Shown in pieces: positions 10,014 to 19,320 of a stretch of DNA of 64,000 bases. This stretch comes from Marispirochaeta sp. (GTDB taxonomy: Bacteria; Spirochaetota; Spirochaetia; JC444; Marispirochaetaceae), in assembly GCA_963676835.2 (NCBI GenBank), contig CAXXFF010000002.1:1408001-1472000 (forward strand), read 5' to 3'. A program made the translations under genes and the position numbers. Under the pieces are notes generated by a model, which saw only the letters and a list, made by a program, of their open reading frames with translations, did not search any database and was not told the DNA's origin. The number at the start of each line of letters is the position of its first letter. Within the stretch, counting starts at the first letter, position 1.

Positions 10014-11294
10014 ATGGAATTAGGTCTGATATTACTAGGTTCTTTTCTCCTCATGATGGTTCTGGGCTTTCCCATAAGCGCCTCCATGGGTCTTTCGACT
10101 CTTATGGCCATCTTTACCAAACACTTTAACCCGGAAATCCTTCCCCTGCAGCTGCAGAGCGGCGCAGCCAACTCAACCCTTATTGCGATTCCCTATTTCC
10201 TGCTGGCGGGAAATATTATGAATTCCGCAGGCATAAGTCAGAGAATTTTTGACTTTGCCAATGCTCTCATCGGGTTTATGCGCGGCGGTCTGGCTCAGGT
10301 TAATGTACTTGCAAGTATGATATTCTCCGGTATCTCCGGATCCTCCACTGCCGATGCCGCCGGTCTCGGTCTGATTGAAATAGATGCCATGAACAAGAAG
10401 GGATACGACAAGCCCTTCTCCGTTGCCATTACCCTGGCATCTTCCGTAATAGGTCCCATTATTCCTCCCAGCATCAGCTTTATTATCTTTGCCATGCTGG
10501 CGGAAGTATCGGTGGCTAAACTTTTTGCCGCCGGTCTTATTCCCGGAATCATTGTGGGAATTCTTCTGATGATAACCAACTACCTGATTGCCAAAAAGGG
10601 TAAGATCACCATACCGGAACCGGAACCTTTCCGCATGAGTGAGGTTGGCAGAACCTTCAAGGCAGGATTCCTTGCAATTATTGCTCCGGTTATTCTTTTG
10701 GGTGGAATTCTTTCAGGTATTGTAACTCCCACCGAGACAGGAATAATTGCGGTTATCTACTCTATTCTGGTGGGTCTTATCTACAGGGAACTGAGCCTGA
10801 AAGGCCTGACCGATGCGGTTAAATCCACCATTACCGCCACGGCGGTTATCATGTTTATGATCGGTATGGGTAAGTCCATCGGCTGGGTTGTTACCATTGA
10901 ACAGCTCCCCCAGCAGGCTTCAGCAGGACTTCTTGCACTGACCCACAACAAGTATGTAATGCTTGTGGGGCTCAACATATTCCTGCTTATTCTGGGAATG
11001 TTTCTGGAAGCAAACACCATCAAGCTTATTATGGTGCCTCTGATGCTGCCCATAATTGATGCCATGGGTATCAGCCGGCTGCAGTTCGGTGTAATTCAGA
11101 CTCTCAATGCCCTGGTGGGAATTACCACACCTCCGGTGGGAATCGGCCTGTTCGTTATGAGCTCGGTGACGGGAATGAAGATAACCGAGATTGTTAAAGC
11201 CTTTAAGCCTTTTTATGTCACCCTGCTCATCGCACTGTTAGCGGTTACCTATATTCCCGCTCTCACCACCTGGCTGCCGTCGGTGCTGTTTTAG
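10014..11294 (+). CDS. dctM: TRAP transporter large permease DctM
   Basis: LIAIPYFLLAGNIMN, SGSSTADAA, IIPPSI, TPTE, TPPVG. Confidence 0.93.
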   Translation: MELGLILLGSFLLMMVLGFPISASMGLSTLMAIFTKHFNPEILPLQLQSGAANSTLIAIPYFLLAGNIMNSAGISQRIFDFANALIGFMRGGLAQVNVLASMIFSGISGSSTADAAGLGLIEIDAMNKKGYDKPFSVAITLASSVIGPIIPPSISFIIFAMLAEVSVAKLFAAGLIPGIIVGILLMITNYLIAKKGKITIPEPEPFRMSEVGRTFKAGFLAIIAPVILLGGILSGIVTPTETGIIAVIYSILVGLIYRELSLKGLTDAVKSTITATAVIMFMIGMGKSIGWVVTIEQLPQQASAGLLALTHNKYVMLVGLNIFLLILGMFLEANTIKLIMVPLMLPIIDAMGISRLQFGVIQTLNALVGITTPPVGIGLFVMSSVTGMKITEIVKAFKPFYVTLLIALLAVTYIPALTTWLPSVLF

Positions 11295-11299
11295 TTCAT

Positions 11300-11453
11300 G
11301 GGCACCTCAAAAACGTGGTATTTTTACCATAGCCGAGGAGAATAGATTTTGTAGCGCCCGCACCCTGCACCAAAATTGTTTTGGTGCAGGGGAGGACCGC
11401 GGGAAATCTTAACGACGAAGGATATGGGGAAAAGAGTAGTTTTTGAGTTGCCC
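11300..11453. mobile_element. 154-bp MITE-like element
   Basis: 15-bp terminal inverted repeats gggcacctcaaaaac (11300-11314) / gtttttgagttgccc (11439-11453), 1 mismatch; internal perfect 13-bp hairpin 11363-11391; no transposase. Confidence 0.6.
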
Positions 11454-11473
11454 TAATAATTGGAGAAGAACGT

Positions 11474-11755
11474 ATGAGTATTTTTGAAGCCGTTATGCTG
11501 ATCTGCTTCGGTGCCGCCTGGCCGCTGAACATCTATAAGTCCTACAAAACCCGTTCAACAGTGGGTAAAAGCCTCCCTTTTATCCTGGTAATCTTCACCG
11601 GATATATCTCCGGGGTTACCCACAAGATTCTGTATAACCGGGATATTGTCCTGGTGCTGTATATCATTAATCTCCTGATGGTTTTTATTGATATCCTGCT
11701 CTATTTCAGAAACAGGGCGCTGGATAATAAACGGACAGATGAGGTTTCCCCGTAG
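11474..11755 (+). CDS. small three-helix PQ-loop/SemiSWEET-like membrane protein
   Basis: 93 aa, three hydrophobic segments, WPxNIYKSYKTRSTxGKS pattern, RBS ggag. Confidence 0.65.
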   Translation: MSIFEAVMLICFGAAWPLNIYKSYKTRSTVGKSLPFILVIFTGYISGVTHKILYNRDIVLVLYIINLLMVFIDILLYFRNRALDNKRTDEVSP

Positions 11756-11812
11756 CCTGGCTTGTTTTAATCAGGAACAGTGTAAATAGATAACCCTGAT
11801 GAAATGGTATCC

Positions 11813-11846
11813 AACCACTGTGCCCCGGCGGTACAGTGGTTTTTAT
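11813..11846 (+). terminator. rho-independent terminator
   Basis: aaccactgtgcc / ggtacagtggtt stem followed by a T-rich tail. Confidence 0.7.
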
Positions 11847-11852
11847 TGAAAA

Positions 11853-11988
11853 GTTGAAAATCCAACAAAAATTTAAAAAAATACCGAAAAAGCAACATTT
11901 TTATCCGTTTTCAATTGCATCTTGTTTGTATCCCTAGTATTATAGCGAAGAATCAACAAACAGGTTGGATCTATATTGAAGATTCAAC
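11853..11988. promoter_or_regulatory. putative RpiR operators upstream of the rpiR-dpp operon
   Basis: gttgaaaatccaac 11853-11866, agcgaagaatcaac 11944-11957, attgaagattcaac 11975-11988. Confidence 0.55.
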
Positions 11989-12028
11989 AAATATTTATCG
12001 ATTTTACTGAAAGATAATAAGGGGTGCT

Positions 12029-12886
12029 ATGAACAGGGATAAGCTGCAGCAAATGATATCCGCTACACGGCTCACAAAAAAAGAGAGTCTTGTGGCAGAG
12101 TATTTAATCAACAATCTCAATACCATCTGCTTCATGTCTGCATCTGAACTGGCCCGTACCCTTGATGTCAGCGATACTACGGTAAACAGAACGGTTAAAA
12201 CCCTCGGGTACAGCACTTTCCTGAGTTTTCAGGCCAAGGTACAGCAGTCAATGCTTAACCAGTCCAAGGAGTCATTCTTTCTTCCTCCTTCCGAGCGTCT
12301 TAACCAGGAGATACAGGACAAGTCGGTCGAGCAGTATGTGCTGCGCCTTTCCGAGGTGTTTTCGGAAAATGCCAACAGTGTCTTTGAGAGGAACTCCCAG
12401 GAGACCATTGAAGCCGCAATAAACATGCTGCTTACCAGTAAGACAAAGTACATCTGCGGACAGCGTCCCACCATCTATCTTGCAGAGCGCTTCGGGGTAG
12501 TCTTAAGGATGATTATTGAAAATGTCCGCATAGTTTCAGGCAGCTACTCCTTTGAGCAGGTTCTGGATATTACCCCCGATGACTGTCTGTTTGTAATTGA
12601 TTTCAACCGCTACAGCAAGAATGCAGACCGGCAGATTCAGTATGCCCGGGAGAAGGGGAGTAAGGTGATTCTGCTTACCGACCGGCCCACAGCGCCTTTT
12701 GCCAGGTTTGCCGATGTTGTGCTGGTGGTTAATGTACTGGGCTTGAGTTTTTTCAACTCCGGCATTGCACCGCTCATGCTGCTGGAGTATATCTGCTCCC
12801 GTCTTACGGTGCTTCAGGATAAGAAGGTTAAGGAACGGCTTGCCGGTCTTGACCCCTATTTCGACAGTTTCAGGTTGCAAAGCTGA
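12029..12886 (+). CDS. RpiR/MurR family transcriptional regulator (HTH + SIS)
   Basis: LTKKESLVAEYL, SASELA...VSDTTVNRTVKTLGYSTF HTH; C-terminal SIS domain (VILLTD). Confidence 0.92.
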   Translation: MNRDKLQQMISATRLTKKESLVAEYLINNLNTICFMSASELARTLDVSDTTVNRTVKTLGYSTFLSFQAKVQQSMLNQSKESFFLPPSERLNQEIQDKSVEQYVLRLSEVFSENANSVFERNSQETIEAAINMLLTSKTKYICGQRPTIYLAERFGVVLRMIIENVRIVSGSYSFEQVLDITPDDCLFVIDFNRYSKNADRQIQYAREKGSKVILLTDRPTAPFARFADVVLVVNVLGLSFFNSGIAPLMLLEYICSRLTVLQDKKVKERLAGLDPYFDSFRLQS

Positions 12887-12924
12887 CTGTCTGACAGTCG
12901 GCATAATTATTTTTTGGAGGAACA

Positions 12925-14448
12925 ATGAAACGGTTTCTTTTATTCAGCATGATTTTTCTTCTCGTATTTGTTGCTGCAGGCTGTGGTTCTAAAAAGGAAT
13001 CAGCAGAGGCTGCGGCTCCGGCGGTCAAGGAAATTACCTACGCCAATGCGGCGGATATTTCCACCCTGGATCCCCGTAACGCCACCGGTACCGATACCGC
13101 GGCTATTCTTGCACACATGTTCAGCAGTCTGTTAAAGACAGACAAGGACATGCAGGTTGTTCCCGATCTGGCGGCGTCCTATGAAAATATCGACTCCACC
13201 ACCTGGAAATTCACCCTCAAAGACAATGTTACCTTCCACGACGGTTCCAAACTTACCAGCGCCGACGTAAAGTACACCTTTGACACCATTGCCGACAAGG
13301 ATAAGAAGTACAGACTTGCCTCAGACTTCTCTTTTATCAGTATCGAAGTTATTGATGACTACAGCTTCTTTCTTAAAACGGCAGAGCCCTTTGCCGACCT
13401 TCAGATCCGCCTGAACTATGTAAAGATTCTTCCCAAGGCCTACCTTGAAGAAGTGGGTGATGAAGAGTTTGCCAAAAACCCCATTGGAAGCGGTCCTTTC
13501 AAGTATGTGGAGCGCCTGAAGGATGAGCGGGTTGTAATCGAAGCCTATGACGGCTACTTCGGCGGCAAACCTGCCCTGGACAAGATTACCTACAAGATTA
13601 TTCCCGAAGCAGCTTCCCGTATTGCTGCACTCGAAGCGGGTGAAGTAGACATTATTGGAAAGGTTTCCACCAGCCAGGTTCCCCGGCTTCAGTCTCTGGA
13701 TAATATTGAGGTTGTGGGCAATCCCACCACCCGGGTTATCTTCCTCGGCATGAACAGCATTGCAGAAGGTCCCCTGCAGGATGTTCGGGTACGTAAGGCA
13801 CTTAACTATGCGGTAGACCGGGATCTTATTATTGAAGGTGTTCTTGACGGTTACGGCAACAAGCTTGCATCCATCTCCAACCCCGAATTCTTCGGCTATG
13901 ATGCCTCAATTGCAGGTTTTGAGTATAACCCTGAAAAAGCAAAAGCCCTGCTTGCTGAAGCCGGCTATGCAGACGGACTCGACCTGGATTTCTCTGTTAC
14001 TACCTCCTACCTGAACGGTACTGATGTTGCCCAGGCGATTGCCGCACAGCTTGCCGAGGTTGGTGTTAATGTCAATCTCCAGCAGATCGATGCAGGGCAG
14101 CAGCGTGAGCAGATTATCAACAAGACCATATCCGGCCTCTATATGTTCGGAATCGGCGGTCCCTACTGTACCATCGACCTTGTTGCCAAGCTCTCTTTCT
14201 CCACCGGTGAGCGTTATTCAACCTACTCAAACCCCGAGTTTGACGCCCTGCGCAAGAAAGCGGCGGCAACCATTGATGACGCGGAACGGGCAGCTCTTCT
14301 CTCTGATCTTCAGCAGATGGCTATCGATAACGCTGCTGGTCTCTTCCTGTATCAGCAGTACGGACTTCTGGCCCAGAACAGCCGTGTCCAGAACTGGTCA
14401 CCCAGAATCGATGAAATGATCGTTCTGATTGACGCAGACGTAAAATAA
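12925..14448 (+). CDS. ABC transporter substrate-binding lipoprotein, family 5 (DppA/OppA-like)
   Basis: Lipobox AAGC, TLDP, FHDGSKLTSADVKYT, PIGSGPF, VRKALNYAVDR. Confidence 0.93.
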   Translation: MKRFLLFSMIFLLVFVAAGCGSKKESAEAAAPAVKEITYANAADISTLDPRNATGTDTAAILAHMFSSLLKTDKDMQVVPDLAASYENIDSTTWKFTLKDNVTFHDGSKLTSADVKYTFDTIADKDKKYRLASDFSFISIEVIDDYSFFLKTAEPFADLQIRLNYVKILPKAYLEEVGDEEFAKNPIGSGPFKYVERLKDERVVIEAYDGYFGGKPALDKITYKIIPEAASRIAALEAGEVDIIGKVSTSQVPRLQSLDNIEVVGNPTTRVIFLGMNSIAEGPLQDVRVRKALNYAVDRDLIIEGVLDGYGNKLASISNPEFFGYDASIAGFEYNPEKAKALLAEAGYADGLDLDFSVTTSYLNGTDVAQAIAAQLAEVGVNVNLQQIDAGQQREQIINKTISGLYMFGIGGPYCTIDLVAKLSFSTGERYSTYSNPEFDALRKKAAATIDDAERAALLSDLQQMAIDNAAGLFLYQQYGLLAQNSRVQNWSPRIDEMIVLIDADVK

Positions 14449-14464
14449 ACTTCTTTATAAAGCC

Positions 14465-14487
14465 GGGGAGGCATATTCTGCCTCCCC
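14465..14487 (+). other. intercistronic stem-loop after the binding-protein gene
   Basis: ggggaggca-tattc-tgcctcccc hairpin, at a position typical for differential mRNA stability in ABC operons. Confidence 0.55.
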
Positions 14488-14505
14488 CGCTTCTGGAATT
14501 AACTT

Positions 14506-15426
14506 ATGCGGAAATATCTTCTTAACAGATTTCTCCAGTCTCTTATTGCTATTTTAGGCATTACCATGGTGGTCTTTTTTGTCCTCCATCTGGCCGGTGA
14601 TCCGGTTGATCTGCTGGTTCCTCCCAGCGCATCCATCGAGGATATAGAACGTCTTCGCGCAGAGATGGGCTTTGATGATCCCGTAATGGTTCAGTATGCC
14701 AGGTTCATGGCTGATATGTTCCGCGGCGACCTGGGAATGTCCTACAACTATAACGAACCGGCTCTTACTCTGGTCCTGGAACGTCTACCCGCAACCTTGA
14801 GTCTGACCGGTGCGGCACTCTTTATTTCCCTTTTGTTCGGCATTCCCGCTGGGGTTATCTCTGCGGTAAAACGGAATACCAGAACCGACGCCGTGATCCG
14901 CTCTCTCGCGCTTCTGGGGCAGTGTCTGCCTGCATTCTGGCTGGGAATTATTATGATCCTGCTTTTTTCCGTGAAACTGCACTGGCTCCCGACTTCGGGC
15001 AATGAATCCTGGAAGTCCATAATTATGCCGGCCTTTACCCTCGGAGTATATACAGCGGCGACGGTAACCCGTCTGCTGCGATCAAATATGATTGAAGTTT
15101 TGAGTAAGGAATATATTGATACTGCCAAGGCAAAGGGGCTTGCACCGCGTATGGTGATAATGAAGCATGCCCTTAAAAATGCCATCAGCACCGTACTCAC
15201 CGTGCTTGGTATGCAGGTGGCCTTTCTGCTGGGTGGTTCGGTAATAACCGAGACTGTTTTCGGCTGGCCCGGTATCGGCAGACTTGCGGTTCAGTCCATT
15301 ACCAACAGCGATTTTAATGTTGTACTGGTAATTGTTATTCTCATGGCTTCCGGTTTTGTGCTGATCAACTTCATTGTTGACCTTCTTTACAGCATTATCA
15401 ATCCCAGAGTGAAGCTTCACGGTTAG
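14506..15426 (+). CDS. ABC peptide transporter permease (DppB-like)
   Basis: GDLGMS, ERLPATL, EYIDTAKAKGL, ETVFGWPGIGR. Confidence 0.93.
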   Translation: MRKYLLNRFLQSLIAILGITMVVFFVLHLAGDPVDLLVPPSASIEDIERLRAEMGFDDPVMVQYARFMADMFRGDLGMSYNYNEPALTLVLERLPATLSLTGAALFISLLFGIPAGVISAVKRNTRTDAVIRSLALLGQCLPAFWLGIIMILLFSVKLHWLPTSGNESWKSIIMPAFTLGVYTAATVTRLLRSNMIEVLSKEYIDTAKAKGLAPRMVIMKHALKNAISTVLTVLGMQVAFLLGGSVITETVFGWPGIGRLAVQSITNSDFNVVLVIVILMASGFVLINFIVDLLYSIINPRVKLHG

Positions 15427-15437
15427 GACGGTAGTAT

Positions 15438-16274
15438 ATGTTACGCAGTTTAATTGACAGTAAAACCGGTCTTATCGGGGTGCTTATACTCATCGGTGTG
15501 GTACTGATGGCCCTGTTCGGAAGTTTCCTCACTCCCCATGATCCGGTAAAGCAGGATATCCTCAACAAGCTCCAGCCCCCGGCATGGAGCGGAGGAACGG
15601 TGGAACATCTGTTCGGCACCGACCAGCTGGGCCGGGATATTCTCTCCCGTATTATCCTTGGAAGCCGGATAACTCTTATTGTTGCCTTTTTCGGTACCAT
15701 TGTTGCAGGAATTGCCGGTGTAATTATCGGCTCCATTGCCGGGTATTATGGTAAATGGGTGGACGCAGTAATTATGCGTATTGTGGATATACAGCTCTCC
15801 TTTCCCTTTATTCTGCTTGCCATATTTATTGCGGCAGTTCTGGGGCCGGGTCTTGAGAATATTATTCTTATAGCCGGTATTAGCGGCTGGGTGCGCTATG
15901 CCAGGCTTGTGCGGGGAGAGATCCTTGCAATCAAGGAGATGGAGTATATCGAGGCGATCCGTTCTGTTGGCGGCTCGGATATGAGGATCATCTTCAAGCA
16001 TATTCTTCCCAATGTGATGAGCCCGATTATTGTAATCGCCACCCTGGAGATGGCCAGGATTATCCTGATGGAATCCGCCCTGAGCTTTCTCGGTCTGGGC
16101 GTTCCCATAGAGATTCCCACCTGGGGCCGTATGCTGGCCGAGAGCCGCACCTATATGGTGACTGCCCCTGCCATGGCCATAATTCCCGGAGTCTTTATAA
16201 CCCTGTCGGTCCTGGGGGTAAACCTTCTGGGTGACTGGCTGCGGGATTATCTTGATCCCAAACTGAATGTATAG
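15438..16274 (+). CDS. ABC peptide transporter permease (DppC-like)
   Basis: HLFGTDQLGRD, HILPN, ESALSFLGLG. Confidence 0.93.
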   Translation: MLRSLIDSKTGLIGVLILIGVVLMALFGSFLTPHDPVKQDILNKLQPPAWSGGTVEHLFGTDQLGRDILSRIILGSRITLIVAFFGTIVAGIAGVIIGSIAGYYGKWVDAVIMRIVDIQLSFPFILLAIFIAAVLGPGLENIILIAGISGWVRYARLVRGEILAIKEMEYIEAIRSVGGSDMRIIFKHILPNVMSPIIVIATLEMARIILMESALSFLGLGVPIEIPTWGRMLAESRTYMVTAPAMAIIPGVFITLSVLGVNLLGDWLRDYLDPKLNV

Positions 16275-16283
16275 GAGGGACCC

Positions 16284-17294
16284 ATGAAGGAGTCCTTGCT
16301 TAAGATAGATAAACTTAATGTTACCTTTGATACCCCCAAAGGGCTGGCCAAGGCGGTTAACGGAATCAGCTTTGATCTTGCGAAAGGGGAGAAGCTCGGT
16401 CTGGTCGGCGAGTCGGGTTCCGGAAAGAGTGTAACCGCCAAGAGTATAATCCGCCTGCTGCAGTCGCCCCCGGCTTCCATTGAAGGTCAAATAGCCCTTG
16501 CCGGGGAGGAGCTGCTTACCAAGCCGGAAGCAGAAATGCGTAAATACCGGGGTAATAAAATCTCCATGATATTTCAGGAACCCATGGTAAGCCTGAATCC
16601 TCTCTTTACTGTTGGGAATCAGCTTATCGAACCCTTAAAGCTGCATAAGCAGTTAGGTAAAAAGGACGCTGAAGCAAAGGCTGTAGAGATGCTCCGTCAT
16701 GTAGGCATTCCTTCTCCGGAGCAGCGGATGAAGCAGTATCCCTTCGAGCTTTCCGGCGGTATGCGTCAGCGGATTATGATTGCCATGGCTCTGTTGTGTG
16801 AACCCCGGGTACTGATTGCCGATGAGCCGACAACGGCTCTGGATGTTACCATCCAGGCCCAGATTATCGATCTTCTCAACCGTATAAACCGGGAGTTTGG
16901 TACTGCCATTATTCTGATAACCCACGATCTGGGGGTTGTTGCCGAAATGGTGGATACCGTTGCGGTAATGTACGGAGGCTATATTATGGAAAAGGCTCCG
17001 GTGGTAGAACTCTATGAGAAACCTCTCCATCCCTATACTCAGGGTCTGTTGAATTCTGTTCCCAGCATGAACGATGACCGGGAAGAGCTTAAAACCATTG
17101 AGGGTCAGGTAAACAGTATTTACAATCAGCCTGTTGGCTGTGCCTTTCATCCCCGCTGCCCCCTGGCACATGAGCGCTGCCGTACTGAGGTTCCACCGGA
17201 TGTTTTGAAAGACGGCCGGTTGGTTAAATGCTGGAATTATGCAGCTGAAGACAAACGGGATGCAGACGATGCAAACAAAGGAAAGGGGGAATAG
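16284..17294 (+). CDS. ABC peptide transporter ATPase (DppD-like)
   Basis: GESGSGKS, LSGGMRQR, ADEPTTALD, C-terminal Cys motif. Confidence 0.95.
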   Translation: MKESLLKIDKLNVTFDTPKGLAKAVNGISFDLAKGEKLGLVGESGSGKSVTAKSIIRLLQSPPASIEGQIALAGEELLTKPEAEMRKYRGNKISMIFQEPMVSLNPLFTVGNQLIEPLKLHKQLGKKDAEAKAVEMLRHVGIPSPEQRMKQYPFELSGGMRQRIMIAMALLCEPRVLIADEPTTALDVTIQAQIIDLLNRINREFGTAIILITHDLGVVAEMVDTVAVMYGGYIMEKAPVVELYEKPLHPYTQGLLNSVPSMNDDREELKTIEGQVNSIYNQPVGCAFHPRCPLAHERCRTEVPPDVLKDGRLVKCWNYAAEDKRDADDANKGKGE

Positions 17295-17295
17295 C

Positions 17296-18264
17296 ATGGC
17301 GAATCAGACACAGGATCTGCTGGTTCTTGAAAATGTAAAAAAATATTTCCCCGTACACGGTAAACCGTCGGAGTTTGTAAAGGCCGTTGATGATGTCAGC
17401 ATCCGGGTTAAGCAGGGCTCTGTTCTCGGTGTAGTCGGAGAGTCGGGCTGCGGGAAATCGACTCTGGCGCGGCTTATAATGCGGCTTATTGAGCCGACAT
17501 CAGGAAGTGTCTTCTTTGAGGGTAAAGAGCTGACCGCGCTGCCCCAGCGGGACCTCCGGAAAATCAGGCGGAATATCCAGATTATCTTTCAGGATCCCTA
17601 TGCTTCACTGAATCCCCGGCAGCGGATCGGCAATATGCTCAAGGAGCCCTTGAAGATTCACCGTATTGCTGCGGGTGAAGCAGCTGACCGGCGTGCCCGG
17701 GAGCTGGTGGAAATGGTCGGAATGAACGCTGACAGTCTGGACAAGTTTCCCCACGAGTTTTCCGGCGGCCAGCGGCAGCGTCTTTGTATTGCCCGTGCCC
17801 TGGCGGTGGAGCCGAAACTGCTTATCTGCGATGAGTGTGTCTCCGCCCTGGATGTTTCCATTCAGGCGCAGATTGTAAACCTGCTGAAAGACCTTCAGAA
17901 AAAGCTCAATCTGACCATGATATTTGTTTCCCACGACCTCCGGGTTGTGAAACATATCTCCAGCGATGTTGCTGTCATGTATCTGGGGAGAATTCTTGAA
18001 ACAGCTCCCAAGCATGAACTCTTCGGCAATACTGCTCATCCCTATTCGAAGGTCCTTCTGGGGGCGGTGCCTGTTTGTGATCCCACGGTGAAAAAGGAAC
18101 GCATTTTTCTGCAGGGAGATCTTCCCAGTCCGATTCATCAGCCTTCGGGATGCAAATTTCACACCCGCTGTTTTAAGGTGCAGGATGCCTGCAAGGGGCA
18201 GGAGCCGCTGCTTGATATGATTGCCAAAGATCACTATTGCCGTTGTCCCTACTGGGAGAACTGA
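17296..18264 (+). CDS. ABC peptide transporter ATPase (DppF-like)
   Basis: GESGCGKS, FSGGQRQR, DECVSALD; start trimmed to ATG at 17296. Confidence 0.95.
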   Translation: MANQTQDLLVLENVKKYFPVHGKPSEFVKAVDDVSIRVKQGSVLGVVGESGCGKSTLARLIMRLIEPTSGSVFFEGKELTALPQRDLRKIRRNIQIIFQDPYASLNPRQRIGNMLKEPLKIHRIAAGEAADRRARELVEMVGMNADSLDKFPHEFSGGQRQRLCIARALAVEPKLLICDECVSALDVSIQAQIVNLLKDLQKKLNLTMIFVSHDLRVVKHISSDVAVMYLGRILETAPKHELFGNTAHPYSKVLLGAVPVCDPTVKKERIFLQGDLPSPIHQPSGCKFHTRCFKVQDACKGQEPLLDMIAKDHYCRCPYWEN

Positions 18265-18285
18265 TTTTTACTGGAGAATACCAAC

Positions 18286-19320
18286 ATGACCAAAACAGAA
18301 CGCATTAAAACAGCCATAGAGGGGGGAATCCCCGACAAGGTTCCCTATTCAATCTGGTCCCATGTACCCGGGATCGATATGATTCCTGAGAAGATCTCGG
18401 ATTTTACCGTTGATTTTTATAAAACCTACAATGTGGATTTTATAAAGACCATGAACAACGGTATGTACTGTATTGAGGATTTCGGCTGCACCGTTGATTA
18501 TTCGGAGATTGAAAAAGGCGGGGTTGCTAAACTTGTCTCTTCCCCGGTTAATTCAATTGCCGATTATGCAAAGATCAAGCGGGTGGGACTTGACTCAGGG
18601 GCTCTGGCCCGGGAGCTGGAATACCTCAGGCTGCTGATGGAAAAGCTCGACGGTGAAGATGTTCCGGTTGTCTTTACCATTTTCAGCCCCATTACTACGG
18701 CGGACAAGCTTGCCGGGGGGAAGCTTGTGGAACATATCCGCAGCGGCGAAACTTCTCTGATAAAACAGGCCCTTGCAGAAATTACGGCTACCACGAAAGC
18801 ACTGGTTAAAAAGGTTACAACCAGCGGCGCCGCTGGAGTTTTCTTTGCCTCCCAGATGAGCAGCTATGATGTAATGACTGAAGAGGAGTATGAAGAGTTC
18901 GGCAAGCCCTACGATATTGAGGTTCTAAAGGCTTCCGAAGGCTGGTTCAATACCATTCATGCCCACGGGGATAATATTATTTTCAATATTCTCAAGGACT
19001 ATCCCGTCGAAGTTTTCAACTGGCATATCGGAGAGACCCTGCCCGACCTTGAAGAAGGCCTGGACAGGACCGGTAAATGTATCATGGGGGGTATTCAGCG
19101 GATGGATATTACCAACGGCAGGCGAAACGAGATTGCGAACCAGATTTACCATGCCATTAAGAGTACCCATGGGCGGAACATTATCCTTACCCCGGGCTGT
19201 GTTATCCGCTATCCTCTGGAGCCGTCCACTCTTGGCTACATTTCCAGAATCAAGCAGAGTGTTGAATCCTCTCTCGGTTTGGGTACAGCGGCTCATCAAG
19301 GAGCAGGAGGAAAGGCATGA
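18286..19320 (+). CDS. second uroporphyrinogen decarboxylase/MtaA-fold protein (not HemE)
   Basis: PDKVP N-terminus, FTIFSP, IHAHG (H-x-H), IMGG, ILTPGC; paralog of 5012-6037. Confidence 0.8.
   Translation: MTKTERIKTAIEGGIPDKVPYSIWSHVPGIDMIPEKISDFTVDFYKTYNVDFIKTMNNGMYCIEDFGCTVDYSEIEKGGVAKLVSSPVNSIADYAKIKRVGLDSGALARELEYLRLLMEKLDGEDVPVVFTIFSPITTADKLAGGKLVEHIRSGETSLIKQALAEITATTKALVKKVTTSGAAGVFFASQMSSYDVMTEEEYEEFGKPYDIEVLKASEGWFNTIHAHGDNIIFNILKDYPVEVFNWHIGETLPDLEEGLDRTGKCIMGGIQRMDITNGRRNEIANQIYHAIKSTHGRNIILTPGCVIRYPLEPSTLGYISRIKQSVESSLGLGTAAHQGAGGKA

Noticed and set aside
11296..11532. 78-aa minus-strand ORF or riboswitch upstream of the PQ-loop gene
   Set aside because: Better explained by the terminal-inverted-repeat element; no known riboswitch consensus recognised
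15450..16490. 346-aa minus-strand ORF
   Set aside because: Antisense shadow of the dppC/dppD genes
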